Part shown: positions 26,837 to 30,757 of the stretch, in pieces
Numbering within the stretch: position 1 is the stretch's first letter
How the letters are laid out: every line of letters begins with the position of its first letter
Source: Breznakia blatticola
Lineage (GTDB): Bacteria; Bacillota_I; Bacilli_A; Erysipelotrichales; Erysipelotrichaceae
NCBI RefSeq assembly: GCF_004365815.1
Contig: NZ_SODD01000029.1
Span: 1 to 30,757 of the forward strand
Length of the DNA stretch: 30,757 nucleotides
Direction of reading: 5' to 3'
The notes under the pieces: model-generated
What the model saw: only the letters and a program-made list of their open reading frames with translations
Told to the model about the DNA's origin: nothing
Database searches by the model: none
Position numbers and translations under genes: made by a program

Positions 26837-27871
26837 TTATTTTATATCACTCAATAAATCATGATACGCTTCGTTTCCTTGTAAGAATTCAAAACTATCA
26901 ATATCTCTAAAGTTTTCAATCAGCATATCTTTAACTTTCATTAAATGCTTTGCATCAATTTCTTTAAAGTTCATATGCTTGTATAATTTTCGCTTTGTAA
27001 ATTGATCCATATGTGTGACACTATCCAACATTCCTTTCATGATTTCGATGCACTTTTGTTCATCCTTTTTCACGATAGCAAGTTCCAACTGACAAGATAG
27101 TTCATAGTATGTTCCCATTTCAAACACTTTAGCAAGTTCCACTTGTTTGTTTACATACACTTGTGCAAGATCATAATCCTTAGCTTCCATAGCAAGTATA
27201 TATAAACCCTGAACATATGCATTTGTGCTTTGATACGATTGAAATACAAGTTCTTCTAGTTTGCGATATGCTTCATCTATTTCACCTGTTTTGGCACATA
27301 ACTGAGCTTCTTTTCGTTTGCGTTCTAAAGGGTTGGATTCAAAGTATGATACATATTGTTTTGCCTTTTCGTAATTTTCTGTTTGATATGCATGTTGATA
27401 CAACATATTTGCAGCTTGTTGCACAATTTCTAGGTTTGTACTTTGTAGTAATCCTTCTAAGTGCTCAAGTATGAAAGCAGTATACGACTCTACATCTTCA
27501 TGTTGTAAAAGATACGAGTAAAAAACAATACAAACAAAAAGGATAAACTTTTCACTTCGTGGATACCTTTGAAATTGTTTTTGTATCCAATCGAAAATAT
27601 CATTTAATTCGTCATCTTCCATCATCGTTTCTAATGTGCGAAGTAAATCACGAATTTCTATATCACTTAAATCCTCTTTATAGTCCAACAGTGTATCTAT
27701 GTCAATTTCTAGTAATCTAGCGATTGGTGCCAAAAGTGTGATATCTGGTAAACTATGTCCATTTTCCCATTTGTTAACCGCAGGTGTACTAACACCTAAT
27801 CGTTTTGCCATCTCTTCTTGTGTAAGACTTTTTTCTTTTCGATACGTTCGTTTAACTGTTCCTATATTCAT
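26837..27871 (-). CDS. XRE-family HTH regulator with a long TPR-like helical C-terminal domain (RRNPP-like architecture)
   Basis: The N-terminal HTH reads LTQEEMAKRLGVSTPAVNKWENG. About 280 aa of helical-repeat region follow. I call the ATG at 27871 (SD AAAGGTGGA) rather than the ORF maximum at 27904. Confidence 0.8.
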   Translation of the reverse strand: MNIGTVKRTYRKEKSLTQEEMAKRLGVSTPAVNKWENGHSLPDITLLAPIARLLEIDIDTLLDYKEDLSDIEIRDLLRTLETMMEDDELNDIFDWIQKQFQRYPRSEKFILFVCIVFYSYLLQHEDVESYTAFILEHLEGLLQSTNLEIVQQAANMLYQHAYQTENYEKAKQYVSYFESNPLERKRKEAQLCAKTGEIDEAYRKLEELVFQSYQSTNAYVQGLYILAMEAKDYDLAQVYVNKQVELAKVFEMGTYYELSCQLELAIVKKDEQKCIEIMKGMLDSVTHMDQFTKRKLYKHMNFKEIDAKHLMKVKDMLIENFRDIDSFEFLQGNEAYHDLLSDIK

Positions 27872-27983
27872 AATATCCACCTTTACTACTTTTATCTTAC
27901 ACATCTGTACTTAATTACGCAATTTCCTATTTGTTAACTTTACATCAAATTTCTTAACTATTCGTTACATAGTTCTTTCACAT

Positions 27984-28019
27984 TATAAAAAGCAACCGGC
28001 CTATTTGACTAGTTGCTTA
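27984..28019 (-). terminator. Possible terminator of the MBL-fold gene
   Basis: AAGCAAC (27990-27996) pairs with GTTGCTT (28013-28019). The loop is large (16 nt). TTTTTAT follows on the minus strand. The right arm lies in the last codons of the CDS. Confidence 0.35.
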
Positions 28020-28636
28020 CTTGCTCTTCCATGTCCATAGTATATTGTATGAGCATGTGTATGCTTTATGCGTTTTACACTATCTTGCGCTTGTTGTTCA
28101 TCTTCATAACACCACGTTGTACCTGGTATTGTAATATTTTGCATTGCATCACCAACAAATAGTTCCCCACTGGATAATACAACACCAATCGAACCTTGTG
28201 TATGTCCTTTTAATTCGATAATGTGACCATCAATATCTACTCCAAGTTCAGATAGACGCATTCCTTCTTTCAAAATAACATCTGGTACCATGCAATTTAC
28301 ATCATATTTTTGTACATTGTGGTTTGCTACCCATGTATACGCCTTCCCCCAAATCCCTTTACCGAAAAGTTTACGTTTTTCATTTGTTTTTATGAGTGAA
28401 ACATCTTCACCACCTATACCTACCTTACAGTGAAGTTTATTTGCTAAGTAAGCAGCATTCTGACAATGATCAAAATGACCATGTGTCAATACAATGAATT
28501 TTACATTTGCTTTCTTACAACACGCCAATACTTTTTCCTTATATTTTTCTGTACCTGTATCTATTAGAATACTTCCGCTTTTGGCATATACAATATACAC
28601 ATTCGCTGTTCCACAGCTTACTTTTTCTATCTTCAT
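28001..28636 (-). CDS. MBL-fold metallo-hydrolase
   Basis: The motif LTHGHFDH (HxHxDH) and downstream His/Asp ligands are present. I call the ATG at 28636 (SD GGGTGAGGAA) rather than 28654. Confidence 0.8.
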   Translation of the reverse strand: MKIEKVSCGTANVYIVYAKSGSILIDTGTEKYKEKVLACCKKANVKFIVLTHGHFDHCQNAAYLANKLHCKVGIGGEDVSLIKTNEKRKLFGKGIWGKAYTWVANHNVQKYDVNCMVPDVILKEGMRLSELGVDIDGHIIELKGHTQGSIGVVLSSGELFVGDAMQNITIPGTTWCYEDEQQAQDSVKRIKHTHAHTIYYGHGRASKQLVK

Positions 28637-28665
28637 ACATTCCTCACCCTTCATTTCACTGAGAA

Positions 28666-28674
28666 ATTATACCA
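28666..28674 (-). promoter_or_regulatory. Extended -10 element (TGgTATAAT) upstream of the MBL-fold gene
   Basis: TGGTATAAT on the minus strand lies about 30 nt upstream of the ATG at 28636. No good -35 is visible. Confidence 0.4.
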
Positions 28675-28740
28675 TATTTATATACGAGCTTAGTCTACTT
28701 TTTAAAACTAATCTTTCCATTACATATCTAACTTTTATCG

Positions 28741-28821
28741 TAAGCGTAAAACAATTAGCGCTACCTGAAAAGACTGAGGTGGCAGTATTTTGACGTTCAA
28801 CCTCAGTCTTTTTTACGCTTA
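28741..28821. terminator. Nested inverted repeat with a terminator-like core
   Basis: The outer arms are TAAGCGTAAAA (28741-28751) and TTTTACGCTTA (28811-28821). The inner arms are AGACTGAGGT (28771-28780) and ACCTCAGTCT (28800-28809). A-rich sequence lies 5' and T6 lies 3' on the plus strand. Confidence 0.5.
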
Positions 28822-28823
28822 AC

Positions 28824-28829
28824 TTGGAC
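28824..28829. repeat. Target-site duplication, left copy (TTGGAC)
   Basis: TTGGAC directly abuts the left inverted repeat. The identical hexamer abuts the right inverted repeat at 30663-30668. Confidence 0.75.
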
Positions 28830-30662
28830 CCTAAACTTCCCATAAAAAGATAACTAAACAGCAAAAAGAAGCATATTACTCCCCAACTTTGTTAAGTCGT
28901 TGTGTATATGCTTCTACTTCTTTATTATCTATTCCAAATGGCTTTAGTATTTCCTTTTGCTTTTTCGTGATTCCATATCGTCTAATATATTCACTATTTA
29001 TATTTCGGCTGACTTCTACTTTGTTCATTTCATTTATTATCGCTGGAATCGTATATTGTTTTCTATTTTTCTTACGTAGACCTTTTGTCTTCACATAGAT
29101 ATCATTTCTTACAATATTCGCTAGAAACGTCACAAACGTTTTCGCCTCAAGCGATACATCATCATGTACTCCAAATCCGTCATATCCTAAATTACTTTTC
29201 AAACTTCTAAATAGTTTTTCCACTGTATCTCTATCTCGATAAATTGTAAGAGCTTCTTCTGCACTCATTTCCTTTGAAGTGACCAAAACAAAATATCCCA
29301 TTGCATCTATTTCTTTTTGTATTTTATCTGTCCTTTTCGTATATTTCTTTAAATATCCATTATCGTCATATGTAATTTTAAAACCCTTTTCAAATCGCTT
29401 TAAATCTTCTCTTTTGCTTAACATCGTTTTAGATGTTTTTTCTTCTAATTCTTTTTCCATTTTTTGATATACATTTAACAATCCCAACCTCTGATTATTT
29501 GCTTTCTCTCCATCATAATAAACATGCACATAATATTGATCTTCACTGTTTTTATATAGTTGCTTTTTTACTGTTTTCCCATATACACCATACGGTTCTA
29601 TATAGTATGCTACTTTATCTGCTATTTTTAAACGATTCTCCTCGATTGCTTCTTTTATTGCTGTTTGATTTGTCTTCACCATCATGACCAAATCATACCC
29701 TTTTCTAGCTATATAACCTAGGTTGTCACTACTAAAATATCCTCTATCAAGAATTAATCCAATCCCTTCATATCCATATCCAATTGCTTTATCTACCATA
29801 TATTTTAATTGACTATTATCATTAATACTTCCAGGATACTGTTCATAGTACAATGGTGTCCCTGTTTCTTGGTCAATTGCATAACTTAAATTCACTATTG
29901 GTACTTCATCATCTGCTTTTGCATGTCCAAACTCCGCAAGTTCGATACCTTCACTACATGTATTCATATTTGTGCTATCGTAGCTTATATATACAGTTTT
30001 CGCATGATTCATTTGGTTCCATGAATGTAGAAAAAATTCTCTATCTTTTAAAGAAATTCTTTCTTTAAACATTCTGCCAATTGTCGTATCACTATAGATC
30101 TTATCACTATATATTGGCACTCTACGCATTAGTGTTGGAAAGTATTGCATAACAGTAGATTCATTAATAATCATATATTGAATGAGATCCTTTATTAAAG
30201 GTGAATCATCCTCAAAGATTGAATCAATCAAATCACCAACTTCCAAACTTTGAAGTACCTTATCAATAATCATTGTATTACCGATAGACAACGTGTCTGA
30301 ATGTTGCAAGGGTTCCAACAATTCAAACCATTCAGGAAAAAACTTACGAGCATTATCATTGGGAATCATAAGATTATCATCAATAGCTTTACCAATCGAT
30401 ACACGTTTATTTTGGTTGTGTTTTTTCTCTTTGATATAAACTTTTTTAGCAGTGATATACACATATCCATTTGGATAAACAATAGAACCTTCAGGTCTTT
30501 CAACCTTGATATTATCATAGAACATAGCGACCTCTTTTTTTAGTTATCTTTATAACTAAATTATATCATAAGTCAAGCAATAAAAAAAGCGGAAAAACAT
30601 GAATATTCTCACATTTTTCGCGTTTTATTTATTATTAGTTATCTTTCTTTGGGAAGTTTAGG
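28830..30662 (-). mobile_element. Complete IS4-superfamily insertion sequence (IS1634-family-like), 1833 bp
   Basis: The terminal inverted repeats at 28830-28856 and 30636-30662 match at 25 of 27 positions (CCTAAACTTCCCA...GATAACTA). It has a single 549-aa DDE transposase ORF and is flanked by the 6-bp direct repeat TTGGAC. Confidence 0.85.
28876..30525 (-). CDS. DDE transposase, IS4 superfamily (IS1634-like)
   Basis: The ORF is 549 aa. LILDRGYFS provides the DDE Asp context, and YRDRDTVEKLFRSLK fits the IS4 Y-x2-R-x3-E-x6-K signature. SD AGAGGT is present. Confidence 0.85.
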   Translation of the reverse strand: MFYDNIKVERPEGSIVYPNGYVYITAKKVYIKEKKHNQNKRVSIGKAIDDNLMIPNDNARKFFPEWFELLEPLQHSDTLSIGNTMIIDKVLQSLEVGDLIDSIFEDDSPLIKDLIQYMIINESTVMQYFPTLMRRVPIYSDKIYSDTTIGRMFKERISLKDREFFLHSWNQMNHAKTVYISYDSTNMNTCSEGIELAEFGHAKADDEVPIVNLSYAIDQETGTPLYYEQYPGSINDNSQLKYMVDKAIGYGYEGIGLILDRGYFSSDNLGYIARKGYDLVMMVKTNQTAIKEAIEENRLKIADKVAYYIEPYGVYGKTVKKQLYKNSEDQYYVHVYYDGEKANNQRLGLLNVYQKMEKELEEKTSKTMLSKREDLKRFEKGFKITYDDNGYLKKYTKRTDKIQKEIDAMGYFVLVTSKEMSAEEALTIYRDRDTVEKLFRSLKSNLGYDGFGVHDDVSLEAKTFVTFLANIVRNDIYVKTKGLRKKNRKQYTIPAIINEMNKVEVSRNINSEYIRRYGITKKQKEILKPFGIDNKEVEAYTQRLNKVGE

Positions 30663-30668
30663 TTGGAC
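30663..30668. repeat. Target-site duplication, right copy (TTGGAC)
   Basis: Identical to 28824-28829 and immediately outside the right inverted repeat. Confidence 0.75.
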
Positions 30669-30757
30669 AAAACATTCTCTAGGTAAACTTGGGTTTGTTG
30701 GCAACAGCCGCTCTACGCTAACACCAGGATCCCTTAGTGCACCTATCACATATGTTA

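Noticed and set aside
28494-28864. ORFs 28494-28793 (+) and 28667-28864 (-) near the left IS end.
   Set aside because: The first is antisense to the MBL-fold gene start and runs through the promoter and hairpin region. The second starts inside the IS left inverted repeat and crosses the insertion junction. Neither has an SD or recognisable motifs.
30669-30757. The relatively GC-rich right edge as a structured RNA (SRP RNA, tRNA or riboswitch).
   Set aside because: It shows short resemblances to SRP RNA (GTTGG, ACGCTA, ACCAGG). It lacks the invariant GGAAGGAAGCAGC region that should follow. No tRNA T-loop or riboswitch core motif is present, and I found no convincing helices.

Overview
Low-GC, Bacillota-type chromosomal segment with almost every gene on the minus strand. 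The backbone is housekeeping: a VanZ-like membrane protein, an ArsR / ArsP-like permease / small thioredoxin-fold trio, tmRNA (ssrA), smpB, a CapA-family lipoprotein, RNase R, secG and enolase. A large peptide-utilisation block follows: M3 oligoendopeptidase, oppABCDF plus a small membrane ORF, and a divergent M32 carboxypeptidase, S9 peptidase and C69 dipeptidase. The right end holds an XRE-HTH/TPR regulator, an MBL-fold hydrolase, and a complete IS4-superfamily (IS1634-like) element with 27-bp inverted repeats and a 6-bp target duplication. The most interesting region is a ~5-kb block (about 7205-12235) between secG and eno. It carries a strong promoter, two small overlapping helical ORFs (Lap-like), and a 577-aa LXG-domain (type VII secretion) protein whose C-terminal half I cannot assign to any toxin family. 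These are followed by a four-copy tandem array (~579-bp period) of lipoprotein paralogues, presumed exported immunity proteins. Two array copies are broken at the same poly(A) tract (A7 and A9, where A8 would be in frame). No tRNA, rRNA or CRISPR was seen. All family assignments rest on motifs read by eye and were not checked against any database.
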